Assembly (NCBI GenBank): GCA_951406725.2
Contig: OX597816.1
Span: forward strand, 110,980,001-111,044,000
Length of the DNA: 64,000 bases
Direction: 5' to 3'
DNA from: Octopus vulgaris
Taxonomy: Eukaryota
Both the position numbers and the translations under genes were made by a program. Position 1 is the first letter of the stretch, and each line of letters starts with the position of its first letter. The notes under the pieces were generated by a model that was given only the letters and a program-made list of their open reading frames with translations, was not told the DNA's origin and searched no databases. Of the stretch, positions 13,770 through 27,681 are shown piece after piece.

Positions 13770-14001
13770 ATGTATGCGTCTGTGTGCGTGTGTCTTTGCG
13801 TCTGTGTTTTCCCCCACCCATCACCGATTGACAACCGGTGCTAGTGTGTTTACATCCCCGGAAATTAGCAAAAGGGACCGATAGTATAAGTCTCAGGCTT
13901 TAAAAAAGAAAACGTACTCGAATTCATTCGTTCGACTAAAATCCTTCAAAGCTTGGCCGAAACAAGGCTGCATTCTATTGACTGTAGCAAGCAAAAGATA
14001 A
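13770..14001 (+). mobile_element. SINE family A, 3' half
   Basis: Shares GACAACCGGTG...GTTTACATCCCCG...GACCGATAG.ATAAG...TTCGACTAAA with the copies at 51575 (-) and 63680 (+). Confidence 0.75.
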
Positions 14002-14556
14002 AAAAAAATTCTTAGTGTTCTTCTTTTGAAAGAGGTATTTTAAAATTTGTCGGAGTAACACTTCCTCAGATTAGCATTAATTTAGTTCTCGTTACATTGC
14101 ATACTGAATATGTAGTTTGTGGTGTTGATTGTATATAGAGAAATAACAATAATTTTAACAAAAATAATGAAAATAATGACATTGATAATAATAGAAACAA
14201 AAATGAAACTAATAGTAGTGGTACAGGAGTCATTGATAAGAGAGAAAATACTAATAAATCACAAATGTAAGTGGTGGTGTTACAGATAAATATCAGAAAA
14301 CCTACCTTCCGGGTGTTTTTATGTGTATTTGTTTAGTAGTTTCTAAATAGTAATTATACATTTCATTCCCAATATGTGTAATCTTGTGTGTTACGTCTAA
14401 TCTTTTTTTTAAAATTCTATATTAGTCATATTTAACTCACTCAGTAAATAAATTTTAGATGATAGTAAGCACTCAAAGATAACGCTGGAATTTATGAAAA
14501 AATCTGGTAATATTTTGACTTGATTTACCAACGTAAGATTTTTGTCTTTCTCGTAT

Positions 14557-14664
<108 letters not shown>

Positions 14665-15267
14665 CAACAGATATTGTATGCGTGGCAGATATTTAGGCAA
14701 CACTTATATTTCCTCAAAATATAGAGAGACTTTACAAAAAACCAGAGTAATATAATAAGTCACAATGATTTAAAATTTCCATTGTGTATTCAAATCTTCA
14801 ATAACCAAAGAAGCTTCAAAGCCAGATTTTGATGAAAGAAAACCATATTATAATTGGATGCTATAACAACTTTCTCGTCTGTGTAGACATAATTGCTTAT
14901 TCCAGGGAAAGCTACATAATCTTAACTAACTAATAACCGGCTTTCTTTATTATAGTTGCGATAGTATCAGTGAAGGAGCCAATATAGCAATTAGTCAGAA
15001 AGTAAACTGTCACCTGATCTCACAGACACATAGGCCACATTCAATCCCTTTTCTAACTATCTCTCTTTACAGTATTTCGCTCTTTCAACTATAACATACA
15101 AGCTAATTTTCCAGCCCAAAGTAAAAAAAAAAAATCTGCTACACCATTGATGGTAAGTTTGTCATTGATCCAGTCACAATGTATGCAAAATAACATGCAT
15201 ATTGAAGATTTCAATATGCATATAGATTTTAATCCGTTGTACAGCATCTACAATGCCTAAAATGTTA

Positions 15268-15430
15268 GGGGAAAGGGGTCGTTGATTATATCGGCCCTGT
15301 GCTCAGCTGGCACTATTTTACCAACACCGAAATTTTGAAGGGGAAAGTAAATTTCAGTGGAATTGGAAAGCAGAACGTAAAGCCAGAACTACCTCGAAGC
15401 ATTTCATGCTTGCTAACGATCCTTCCAGTG
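15268..15430 (-). mobile_element. SINE family B, degenerate
   Basis: Reverse complement aligns by eye to 59905-60085 and 44850-45030. Confidence 0.6.
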
Positions 15431-18400
15431 CTAACATTATAATGATAATGTTAGTAATAATTTTAAAAGATTGATGTAACCTTCATGAAGATAAATACGC
15501 ATAGCATCGCGCTCTTCTAATTATGTAATATAAAGATAAAGATAAAAATAAAAATAAATAAAATTGAGAATAAGAATTAAAAATATCTAATAAGAGTAAT
15601 ACCAACTATATATTCCACGCACAATGCCAAAATGCACGACGTAATGCTAATCTGATTAAGCGTCGGTCCGATATTTTCATTTTCACATATTGAGTAATTC
15701 TTCACTCGAAATCATTTACATATAATATGATTAGAAACGGAATGGAGCAGAAAGAACTGTAATGAGTAGTGAAGTCATGGTAAATTCATTCTTCATGTTC
15801 TTCCTTATCTTATATGGTCATCTTTCACATACTTATGCCCTGGATTTAACCAGTGATGTACATGCAATTTCTGTACCAATGGCCTAGCGAAAATGTTTTA
15901 ACTCATAGTATGAGGTTGTACAAAACCAGATCTTCGTGTTAAGTGGTGCATTGGGAAGACAGCGTGTTTATACGCAATTGATACTTACAGAGTTCCAATG
16001 TGTGCGTGTATGTGTGTGTTTGTGTGTGTGTGCTTGTGTGTGTATGTGTATGCGTGTGTAGCAAGCATTCTAAATACCTCAATTTCTAGTCTCATTTTAC
16101 TCCCAATCTTTGAAAATAGTATACATACATAATATTTATTACAAAATGAATGAAGTTAGGCTTGATACCAAACGACAATTACCAGGAGAAAAACTACGAT
16201 AGCCTACTAATATTGCAGTCCTATAGATCGAACCATTAAGTACCAGTCATATACTGGAGCATTAATGCTACAATATTTCATCTCTATGAAATTCCTGCAT
16301 TTTCAATGAGAATGCGTTATTAGGATCAATATCAAAATATCCACAGCGAGTATATATTTTCTAATAACGTTTATTCGCACGATATATTTGAAACTCTTAT
16401 TTGTACCAATATCTATTGCACATAAATTGAAATATGTAATTTATGTATTTTTCACATTTATCTAATCTTACACGGATGCAACTAGTTACGTTTGCTTCTA
16501 TGGTTGTACATTTGTATATAAATGTGTGTATTTGCATGCTTGTATGTACGTGCGTGTGTGCGCGTGTGTGTATGTATGTGTGTATGTGCACCCACCTCAT
16601 GTATTTTATGTATAATCATGCTAACATTATTAGTAGAAGCGCTTAATGCTCATAAGTTTAAGAAATATTTTTAAGAGAAAATGTTTGTATGCATGTGTTC
16701 GTATATACACGTATGTGTGTCTGTAGACACAAGATTATAAACTGATATTAGGTGTTTAAAATAGAATAAAACTCAATGCTATTTCCAATTAAAACACAGC
16801 ACTTTTTATTGGTTTGTAACGAAATAACGAAAGGTTTTAGCACATTCCAGCTCAACAACTCTATCGCTCAAAGTTTAATTATAGTATTAACCTTGCCTGA
16901 TTTTATTTATTGGAATCGCCGTTTAGGTTCAGTGAGACCTATGAGATTTATGAGACCTATGAAAACGTATTAAGGCCATCCGTTTATTTAATAATGATTC
17001 ACAAATATTTCTTGCAGGAAAATATAAAGGTATTCTACTATGTAAATATCTACATATATGAAATGTTCAAATACTGAAACTGAAAATGTAATAATCGTCC
17101 ATTTGTTCATTATAAATTAACTCTGTTGTCTGACGCCTACCAAGTGTGCTTAGTGAATTTGTTCTCTTCTTAATATAGACATTTATTTGCACTTTTATAT
17201 TATGGAAGCGCGAAGTGTCATACACATGCGCATACATAGTCACACACGAAAATGCATATACACAGGAACATGTGTGTGTATGTGCGCGTGTGTGTATGTT
17301 TGTCTGTGTTTGCATGCGCGCGCATGTGCATGCGAGTGTGCATTGGATAGAGCGGCACGTGGAATTTATTTCGAACCTCTGCACACTTAGAGCACATTGC
17401 GCCAAGCTCATCCACGTCTTCTATTCTTCTACTATCGATAACAAAGAAACAAATAAGTGCTATAAGTGAAAAAATTAGTATTAAATAAATAATGCTTCAG
17501 ATTGATAACAACTTCCGTAAATTCATAACTCATAGCGCACAATAAATTTCTCACCCACAAAGAAAATCAGGTACTTATCTTGGATGTATATTTTATGAAA
17601 AAACTGCTGTAATATTTTTCATGATGAATGCACCCTTATAAAGAAGGCAAGGGATTTTTATATGAATAGAAGGGATGCTGCACTGGCCCTATACATGTAA
17701 ACATTAATTACTGATCAGCGTAGTAATACATAGGCATACATACATACATACATACATACATACATACATACATGCATACATACATACATACATGTATATA
17801 TATACGGTTAAGTGTATGTAAAAACCTAAAAAGAGTGTAAAGCATTAAGGTAAAGCTTGCGGCAGAATCCTCAACTTGTGGTTTCTGGAAATATTAAGTA
17901 AGAGTAAAGTCATACCAATAATACACGACAAAACGTTATGCAGACACAAAAGAAAAAAGTATGGTAAGTAATGCAAATCATTTACGCATTGCAAAATCTA
18001 TATTCAGTGATGACACTCTCCTAGTCTGATACTCTCCTAGGTAGTTTTAACAACATCGAATAATATGCTACTGTAAGCTGAACATTGAATTATATGAAAA
18101 GACAATAATACGTATTGTGAAAATTTATCTCTGAAGATACTGACCGCAAGCAACAATCAATTGAAAGTTCCTATAGCTAAGAGTAAAATATTTCAGTAGA
18201 GAGACTTAAATAAAAGTCGATTTACAATAATCTTCTAGAGAGGCATGCATGTAGGACGATTAATAAAGGAACTCATGATCGGTGAAGAAAGCAGGGTAAT
18301 TAAACCAAGGAAGGATTATTAATATTTAGTAAATAACTAGAGACATTTAAACTCATACAGACAGAACATAATTATCAAACGTTGACTAACAGATATTTCA

Positions 18401-18728
18401 AACTGATTGTATAATATATAACTGATCTTGTTGGATAAATGGTAAAATGAAACAGTTTAAGTAAGGTGTGTCAACAACAATAGAAAGACATTTTATAATT
18501 AACATGAAACAAATTCATGGATTTTAAAAAGATATATTGATAGAGTAGCCAATTATTTCACCTTAGCCCCCACGTTTTGCCTGATTAGGGCAGCTACGAT
18601 TGAATTATATATATATATACTAACAATATGGGATGAAGTCCCTTTCTCTACAGAACAGAATTCCATCAAGAAGCGTGACAGTATATTAAAAAACCTTTAC
18701 GGTTAAAATTATAAACATCTTATAAGCA

Positions 18729-18987
18729 AGGGCTAAAGAAGATTATTCTAAAGCCAATATACTGATTATCCACTTATAATCTACTTGTTACAGGAAAATT
18801 GAACTGAAATCGGGAAACTAAGCGTTAGAAAATTTTAATTTCGTTATCTCTTGATATTGATTCAATATAGAGATAACGAAATTTAAATTTTCTAACGGTT
18901 AGTTGCCCGATTTCAGTTTAATTTTCCTGTAACAAGTGGATTATAAGTGGATAATCAGTATATTGGCTTTAGAATAATCTTCTTTAG

Positions 18988-18991
<4 letters not shown>
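18729..18991. repeat. long near-perfect palindrome (about 130-bp arms)
   Basis: AGGGCTAAAGAAGATTATTCTAAAGCC...ATATTGA-T-TCAATAT...GGCTTTAGAATAATCTTCTTTAGCCCT with about 5 substitutions and a 2-nt indel; ends at (TA)n. Confidence 0.97.
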
Positions 18992-19031
<40 letters not shown>

Positions 19032-19145
19032 GAGATTCAATTGAATTAGGTGCTTAATTTGAAGCACCAAGTCAGTCCGGTATTATCCATACAGTTAGAA
19101 GGTGAATAAAATCAAAATAAGCAACAGGATATTTAGTAGTGATCC

Positions 19146-19228
19146 TGTATGACCGTTTCAAGCGGCTCCATTTAATTAAACAATGCAATCATTGCATCAA
19201 TTTAAATACAGCGCCTTCTTCAGATGCA
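19146..19228 (-). ncRNA. type-I hammerhead ribozyme motif with long stem II
   Basis: Minus strand: TGCAT-CTGAAGA-[AT-rich hairpin with ATGCAA/TTGCAT]-GAAAC-G-GTC-ATACA. Confidence 0.7.
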
Positions 19229-20199
19229 CAAATAAATAAACAGAATTTTAACCAGTAGGACACATTAATATAATTTTTCTAACATATTTTAGCAAAGCTG
19301 GGCTGAAATTAATGTTATTGATATTGTAGCTAAGAAAAGACTACACTTCCAAGAATCGCAGGAAGCCTATTGGGGTCATAGTGTTGTAAGGGATGGAATT
19401 CATTTCTTGTTCATTTATCTATTTATCAACTACTAAATCTAAGACTAGAAGACTGTGTATATTTTGAATAAAGGCCAAGAGTGAGTTGACAGCTCATGGC
19501 TGGGTATGGTCATAAATATAAGTAACTGCCTATAAAACGAGTCTGGGTAGGGGAAGACTTTAAAACATGATGTTAATTACCAGTTAAAGTGGCAAGACGC
19601 TAAGAAACCTACGATATTAATATAGAGGAAATTTTATTTTGGGGCGCTATGGGCTATTGTTTATAAACAGTATTTTTATGTTGAATAAAAATGAAATATA
19701 AAATTTTCAAAAATGATATCATAACCAATATATGTAAAATGTGTGTATATATATCAATTATAAACGTTAAAAAGGAAAGTTTACAAGGAATAAGTTTAAT
19801 ATTCAATCATGTACTTAATTAATGATGCATACAGATACATATACATTTATATATGTGCATATATGCATACATACTCAAACATTCAAAGGTAATAATTATT
19901 ATTAAAATTATAATGTACGGTACCTAAGAGATACCACTACACTTGAAATAGCAGTCCAAAATTAACTCTAAAACCACATTAAATGTTCATACACCACCAG
20001 GAGAGAAGACAAAGAGACAAAATAAACTAGCAAAAAAAATTACTTGTTAATTCCAGATCCCGGATTTCTGGCTTTGCATAAGAAATGCTCTGCCTTCACC
20101 AGTGGAATATGCTCAGATAGCACACACACACACACTTATATATATGTATATATATATATATATATACACACACACAGGGATCAAGGTATCAAAGGTGTT

Positions 20200-20430
20200 T
20201 TGCTAAGCTGTAGGCTCATAAGGTTTGTTTCCCAGATTCTGTAGCATGTGTATTCCTCCACTGAACGGGACGCCGACCCAATTCATGATTACTCATTTTT
20301 TAAAGTTGAGATAAATGAGGCAACGTGAAATAAAGGGTTTTGCTCAAGGACACAGCACAACCCTGGATACAGGTATCGAAACTATATTCTTACAATTATA
20401 AATGGGAGATCCTAACCAGTAAGACACTCA
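20200..20430 (-). mobile_element. degenerate tRNA-derived CORE-like SINE
   Basis: Minus strand has A-box-like TTACTGGTTAG, B-box-like GTTTCGATACC, then GTGTCCTTGAGCAA. Confidence 0.55.
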
Positions 20431-20456
20431 CCTTTACATATTTTTACATACAATAC

Positions 20457-20493
<37 letters not shown>

Positions 20494-21259
20494 ACACACA
20501 TGTACATCCCGATCAGATTTGTTTTTGTGAAAATCGTCACCACACATCCATATGATTTCATGTTTAAACTCATTAACTTTTGTAGGAATTTCTCAAACGG
20601 TAAATGTGAGAATGCATTTCACATGATGTTTTCATATTGGGTTTGGAAAAGTCACGAAACGTGCGTACAAATAAATAAGGAACAAGAGGAGATTTTGAGT
20701 CATCAACTATCTGTCTCATGGAATGTAAAGTTTGGGAGTTTAAACCAAGCTGATCTTGATCTCAGACTACGTCTGAAGAAGAGACAATGACAAATCCAGT
20801 AAATATATTTACTAGTATGATACAGACGCCATAAATAGACATGAAGTAAAGTTGAAAACTTTGACGTATCACAGACAGGATGCGGAAACAAAAATGAAGA
20901 ATAGAATAGTGTGGTGTCTAAGACCAAAAGAATAGAGAAAACGCTATACATATAAAACCATTAACGATTAGATTAATGCAAAAAACAAGAAACAAATTGC
21001 GTGCCTGACGACGGAATAGGGTGTTATGTAAAGATGGGCAATATTGGGTCGCATATTCTGTTGAAGATATACATTTTTAACAACATACTAGATACTCAGG
21101 AAATTGTGGCATTCTATAAATGATTCTGTGCCTGGGCTTAGATAATTCAAGGCTTTGTTAATGTTATTCAACATGAATTCATTCAGTAGCACATTTGTCA
21201 TATATACATTTTACAAACGCGTGTGTAGATCAATACACACACACATATAATTATATAAA

Positions 21260-21280
21260 CACATACACACGCACACACAA

Positions 21281-21339
<59 letters not shown>

Positions 21340-21429
21340 GATAGACAGATAGATGATAGATAGATAGATATACATATATATATAAATATATATATACGTA
21401 AATATACAAACACATATATAAATACACAC

Positions 21430-21486
<57 letters not shown>

Positions 21487-21495
21487 TAGAGAGCG
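21260..21495. repeat. compound CA/TA/TAGA/GA microsatellite
   Basis: Direct inspection. Confidence 0.95.
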
Positions 21496-23652
21496 GGAGA
21501 GACCCAGTGATCAACCAAATTTTATAAAATTCACTCTACTCTCATCATTGATGTGTTGAATCTCAATAGGTTTCAATAACAGTAATTTAACACACACATA
21601 CTACCTACACACACATAGATACATACATACATACATACATACATACATACATACATACATACATAAAGAGAATATCTAGAAGCAGTATATAGGAGACAAT
21701 GTCCATTTTGTTTTAAATGTATTGACAATGTAGTCAGTTTTATCTGCCCTCTCATTCTCAAACACTGTCACACATACATATATATATACGAATATACGTG
21801 TTTGCTGGGAAAAACGTATTTTTATATTTGTATGTTTGTGTGTGTGTGTATTCTCCGAGAAAACATTAGCTCGTATTATTTATAACCAAACACAAGCTGT
21901 TATTAGAATCATTTAAATCTCTGTGGAGCCAAAAGTCTGGCTTTGTAGCTCGGTAAAAAATAATGAAAACTGAAATGCCCTGTTTCCTGCTATTATAATA
22001 GTAGAAGTAGCGAATTTGTTGTTGAATTTTATGATGATTATGAGAAGGTGGAGATGAAGACTAAAGAGATGTAGGAGAGGGATATCGATGATAAAATATA
22101 GGAGGAGGATGAACTCCATTTCAAAAGAATCGTTGTGTGTCAAATATTTACTAATACCATTGTTTCACTTGTATAACATTATCAATAGATCGATATGCCT
22201 AAGCAAAAAAAAAACAAAAAAAAAGAATTGCATCGCTTGTTTCAACAGTCTGTCTAGCTTAATGTAGTAGCTGTTGTTGGCCATTGCAGTGGTAGATGTG
22301 GTGGTGTTTTGCTGTTGTTGCTGTTGTTGCTGTTATTGATGTTGTTGTTTTTTTTTTGTGGTGGTGGTGGTGGTGGTTTGTTTTAGTCTTATCGTTGCAT
22401 TTCCACCTCTGCCTTCTGAACTGGTCATCATCTTACTATATATATATGCCTCACATCCTTTATCTGTCAATCTCACCAGCTTTATCTTTTTTGTACATCG
22501 GAATTTGCGAATTGTTCCCACTCCAAGCACAACTGTAGTATTTTCTCTATCGCTTTCACAAAACATTATCGTTTGTTGAGCCAACTAAACACACATAGAC
22601 ATAAGAAACTGTTTTAATACTGTATCCAGACACAATAAACAATGCAGTAACAATTATAAATGAGGACAAAACTAAAATAATAAATAATATAACGCATTAA
22701 TGAACTAACTGATTAAAAACAAAGTAAAAAAAAATGACAATATTATCATACTTTAACTGATTACAATTATATACAAAAAAAACATAAAGCAATCACAAGA
22801 AAATTTTTGGAACATTAATAATTTCATGTGTCGAATATACAATCCGCTTTTCATTTTTGTCCATATTTCTTCAACTCGTTATTTGTTCTTCAATGCTTTT
22901 TCGGGTTTTTTCTTTTGTTCATGCAAATAATAAAAAAAACCCAGAAAATTTTCTGCAATTTGAATTTCCTTTGTTGTCTCAAAATTTTGTAGACATTTTC
23001 AATAATTGTGCCATACTTCTGGTTCAAATTATACAATTTATAATCACTAGCGTATGAAAAAAAAAATACTCATTTTAGAAACAAACTACATTTTCCCTAC
23101 AGTACCACACAATTATTAAAATTATTTTATTAGTATTGTTACTGTTGCTGTTCATTTAAATATTGTTCTTGTTATTGTTGATGTTCATCATTTTGTTTTC
23201 CTTGTCAAAATAAAAGTAAAAACATACTTTGTACTGTCTTCTTTGAAAACTACTTTACAATAAATACTCTCAAAATGAAAATATGAAACAATTCATTTCA
23301 GAAGTTAGAAAATGTGTTTCCTCCATAGATTAATTTGTTTCAGTATTTTAGTGTTTTCTTTCTTTTTTAATGATTAACTTTCATGTGTCCATTTTATGTT
23401 TTCTTCTCTTATTTCTTCATCTATGTCCCTCATATTGGGGAAGCATCTTTAAATTCAAACATTTATCTCAATAGATGAAACTAAATAAAATATTACAAAA
23501 TTTCACTTCACTTTCATTTCAAAGCATATACATAACTGGCAAAGCTTTAGTAATCAATATTATAACTCAAGTAAACATTTGTATTTCTATCATTGCTGCA
23601 TTTCATTTGATCTATTGTCTAAGTTAATTGTCCTCGTCTATGTATGTATGTG

Positions 23653-23713
<61 letters not shown>

Positions 23714-25514
23714 TTATATATGTATGTATGTATTTATATATACGGGCATACACACACACAATCACATGATATATACGTATGTGTGTGTATTAATGTATTT
23801 ATGTTATTATTCAGTTTTATTTCAAGATTTCTCCCCAATAGATAAAGAACCGGTTTCTAACCTACATCGAAGTCTCCTTCATTGGAATTTCAGCATCAGC
23901 AGGATATTTCTGTATTCATGTGCAGAGTTACTTGGTTTTTATGTATGCATGCATGTATGTATATATATAGGTATGTATGTATGTATGTATGTATGTATGT
24001 ATGTGTGTAGGTATATACGTATCTGTATATGCACAAATACTTTCGTGTATGTAGTATGACTGGCGAAATGGAAATACATCACAACAAATCTGGTTTTGTT
24101 AAGGAAACAAATCTAGTCGTGTTACGGAAAAAAAACTTCTGTTTCTGCAATCAGGCTAGACGTATAAATTACGGAAGAATTTGGCTCATAGGCTCTGAAT
24201 GAACAATATGTTATTCTAGATATGTCATGTGTGTCACAATATATCTTGACAGAACTAAGTGAACCGTTTGCAGATCTAGCTTGGTCTCAAAATTTTGTGT
24301 CCTCGTAATAATTTTGTTTATTTTAATAAATATATTTTCGAAATGTTTTTGGAGTCTGAGACAGCGTACACATATACGTACACTATTAAATGTGCATACA
24401 GCATGCACACAAATACACACACATACACACACATGCACGCTGAGAATACCCATATATATATATATATATGTATGTTTTTGTGTGCGGGTATGTGCGTATG
24501 TGTGGCGTCTTAAACGATACGTTATGTACTGCAGAACTAATTTCTAAAATATTTTGAATGACATTTTTATACCTTATGCCGGCGTCTGCGTTGTGAGCAG
24601 ATGTTGTGTGTGGGTGAAAGAGTGTCTATGTGTACGTGCGGATGTTTCTGTATGTCTATTTAGCAAGATATTTTATCTATGGGACATCATCGTTGCTTTT
24701 GAAATTGAACGTGTTTAGGGTGTAATCTTTTACGTTGCGATGATGCGATGATCCTCGAGTAGCTGAGATGTCTTCAAGTTGAAACATCTCGCAAAATGCT
24801 GAGAATTTGTGAAAAATAAAAGAATGTGCGCGCGCATTTGTGTTTCTGTGTGCATATGTCTTATCTTTTTACTTTTAGTTGTCTCAGTCTTTGGTCTGCA
24901 GTCGCACTGAGGCACCCCTTGAAGCGTCTTCTCGAACAAATTGATCCCAGTACTTTTATGGCAGGCTCTTTTAACAGAATCGTATGAACACATGGACGTA
25001 AAGAAACCAAGAGCGTTTGTCAAACGGTAGTAGATGACAAATACGGACATAAACACAAAGATAAACATACACACACATATGCATATATTTGTGTCTGACG
25101 GGCTTCTTCAGATTCAGTCTACCAATTCTATTATTCGAGTCCATGGCAGAAAACATTTACCTTAGGAGCCGTGATGTTGAACAGAAATCCTGAACTATGT
25201 AGTCGGAAAGCAAAAGATTTGAGTAATTTTCACGTGAACAGGATAAAAGAAAGAAATGAAGTTGAAAATGCACTTCAAGAAAATATATTTACACTTATTT
25301 CACCAATTTCTTCATTTTCATAATTACTGATGAAAAAACATAATCCTGGGTTTATACAGCATTTGCTTCTAATAAACCTGTGGGGGCAGGTTTATTACAG
25401 AATATGTAGCACTTCCGCATATTTGATTAGCTGCGCTAGCTGTCAGAATAAGCTAGCTGCCTGAGTTTGGTAGCTTTTTGGCTTCTTACTTTTTCGGTAC
25501 TTACACACACACAC

Positions 25515-25547
<33 letters not shown>

Positions 25548-25702
25548 TAGATACATGTGTGTGCGTTTGTATATCTGCGCGTGTGCATGTATAAAAGTGA
25601 ATAAATATATATACATACATATATATATATATATATGTGTGTATGTGTGTATGAGTGTGTGTGTGTGTGTGTGTGCGTGTGTGTATTACGACAACCAGTA
25701 AG

Positions 25703-25778
25703 TTGTCATTATAGTACTCGGAGTTTCAAATGCCGGAGCTAAATGCTACGATGCATTCTCATCTGCTATTAAAGGCAA
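25703..25778 (-). ncRNA. type-I hammerhead motif (inverted repeat, left copy)
   Basis: Minus: ATAG-CAGATGA-GAATGC...GCATTT-GAAACTCCGAGTA-CTAT; core U changed to A. Confidence 0.7.
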
Positions 25779-25975
25779 TAGACAATATGAAAACCATCGA
25801 ATAAAAGGGAAGTTACTGTAATAGGTAGAAAAATATATATAAAAGATAAAAAGTACACGCAACCATATTCTCACAATACATACACATAAAACCTACTTCG
25901 TTCATAACGTCGACATACGTACACACGTATATATACATGCATATACACACACAAGCATATATGTGCATGTACGTA

Positions 25976-26031
<56 letters not shown>

Positions 26032-26574
26032 CCCACAATCACACGAACACGCACGCACACAAACACACACATATATGTACGTATGTATGCATATGGTATT
26101 TATTTCTGGATTTACAAAAGAATATTTACAAACCCTATAGCAAACCCAGCGATAGACTTAGTTATATTAATGTAGATTCCTGCCATAATATTTAAGAATT
26201 TAGTTAAGAATATTAGAAGGAGAATTTCTAGCCTCTCCTCCAATATACACATATTAAATGATGCTGCCCCAATACACAACAAAACCGTTAAATCTAGTGG
26301 ATTTAAAGACGAAATAGCTTTCACACCACTATTAGGCCAGAAATACAGAAACGAAAATATAGACACAGGAAAATTATTTGGTTCGCACCCCCTTACTTCT
26401 CTGAAGTGACCTTTAGTAAACGTAAATATTTCTTGTCACGTTAAGATAGACTCTTTCCAATAAATCATATATATAGGAAAATCTTTAATGGGCATAACCT
26501 AAAACTTAGTTTTAGTTCAACCCCAAATTTTAAAACCATAATTGCACACAACGCAAAACAACAACATGAAGCCA

Positions 26575-27029
26575 GTTGTTCCTGTAAGGATAAAAACTTC
26601 TGCTCGCTGAATGGTGCCTGTATGACCAAGGCCATTATTTATGAAACCACCGTAAATTCTACGAACTCTAATAACATAGTTTCATCAAATTGATATGTGG
26701 GTCTCACGAAGGGAAATTTCAAAGTAAGCTTCATCAATCAAATCTTAAGTTTTAGACACTGGGATAAACGGAAAACTACCAAATTATCTAGTCGTATAAT
26801 GTTCTTAAAAGAACAAGGTGTCAGCTATAGGATTTACTGGTAGATCTTGTCCAAGTGTAAAACTTATACCAACGATAATGGCAAGTGCGGTCTTTGTGAT
26901 ATGGAACGATGGCTCATCTGGAAAAGTTCTTTGGACTCCGCTACATGTCTAAATTCAAGAACTGAACTTTTTGAATCATATCCATATATTACAAAATACC
27001 TGTTACGGTCCCCACCACCAAGATCATAG
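26575..27029 (+). pseudogene. Penelope-like GIY-YIG endonuclease C-terminal region, stop-interrupted
   Basis: Cys-rich linker, IIY...YVG motif, CxLC and LNSRxE motifs. Confidence 0.8.
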
Positions 27030-27494
27030 ATCTGCATTTTTATTATGTTCCTGCACAAATTTTCCGTATGTCTTAACATTTTTTATTGTTTTATATATAT
27101 TTTTTCATATTTTCCTTTTTAATTGTGTGAATGAGTATGAGTGAGTACATGTTTATGTATGTATACGCTAAATGTGTATGTGTGTGCATGTGTATATATA
27201 TGTACGCGTATACGTATGTATATGATTGTAGGACTGTGTCCGGTGTATAAGTGCGATTTTCAAGAACCACGTCCGCTTCTTTTACACGGATATGCATATG
27301 CACATATGTTTGTGTGTATGTGCATGTACACAAACATGTTTGTGTGAGTGCGTACGTATGTAGACGTTATGAACGCTGGAGGTTTTATGTCTATGTATTG
27401 TAAGAATATGGTTGCGTGTATTTTTTATCGTTTATATATTTTTCAATTTATTAGAGTAACTTCCCTTTTATTCAACGGTTTTTCATAGCGTCTA

Positions 27495-27570
27495 TTGCCA
27501 TTAATAGCCGACGAGAATGCATCGTAGCCCTTAGCTCCGGCATTTGAAACTCCGAGTACTATAATGACAA
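27495..27570 (+). ncRNA. type-I hammerhead motif (inverted repeat, right copy)
   Basis: TTGCCATTAATAG-CCGACGA-GAATGC...GCATTT-GAAACTCCGAGTA-CTATAATGACAA; extended stem I; core U changed to C. Confidence 0.72.
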
Positions 27571-27649
27571 CTTACTGATTGCCTTAAAGTATACATATAT
27601 AAATAATCCTCTATTTACCTAATATCGAGGTCTCATTCTTTTTTGTCAC

Positions 27650-27678
<29 letters not shown>

Positions 27679-27681
<3 letters not shown>

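Larger units (their letters stand above)
25690..27582 (+). mobile_element. Penelope-like element remnant with inverted terminal repeats
   Basis: About 235-bp inverted repeats (25690-25925 vs 27348-27582), each with a hammerhead; interior encodes a decayed GIY-YIG region (CSCKDKNFCSLNGAC...AIIYE...YVGLT..NFK...CGLCDMER...LNSRTEL). Confidence 0.85.

Noticed and set aside
16932-16961. TGAGACCTATGA short direct duplication
   Set aside because: Simple slippage-scale duplication; only two units.
24717-24919. Possible Tc1-type MITE (AGGGTG...CACCCT)
   Set aside because: Only 6 bp of terminal match and no TA TSD.
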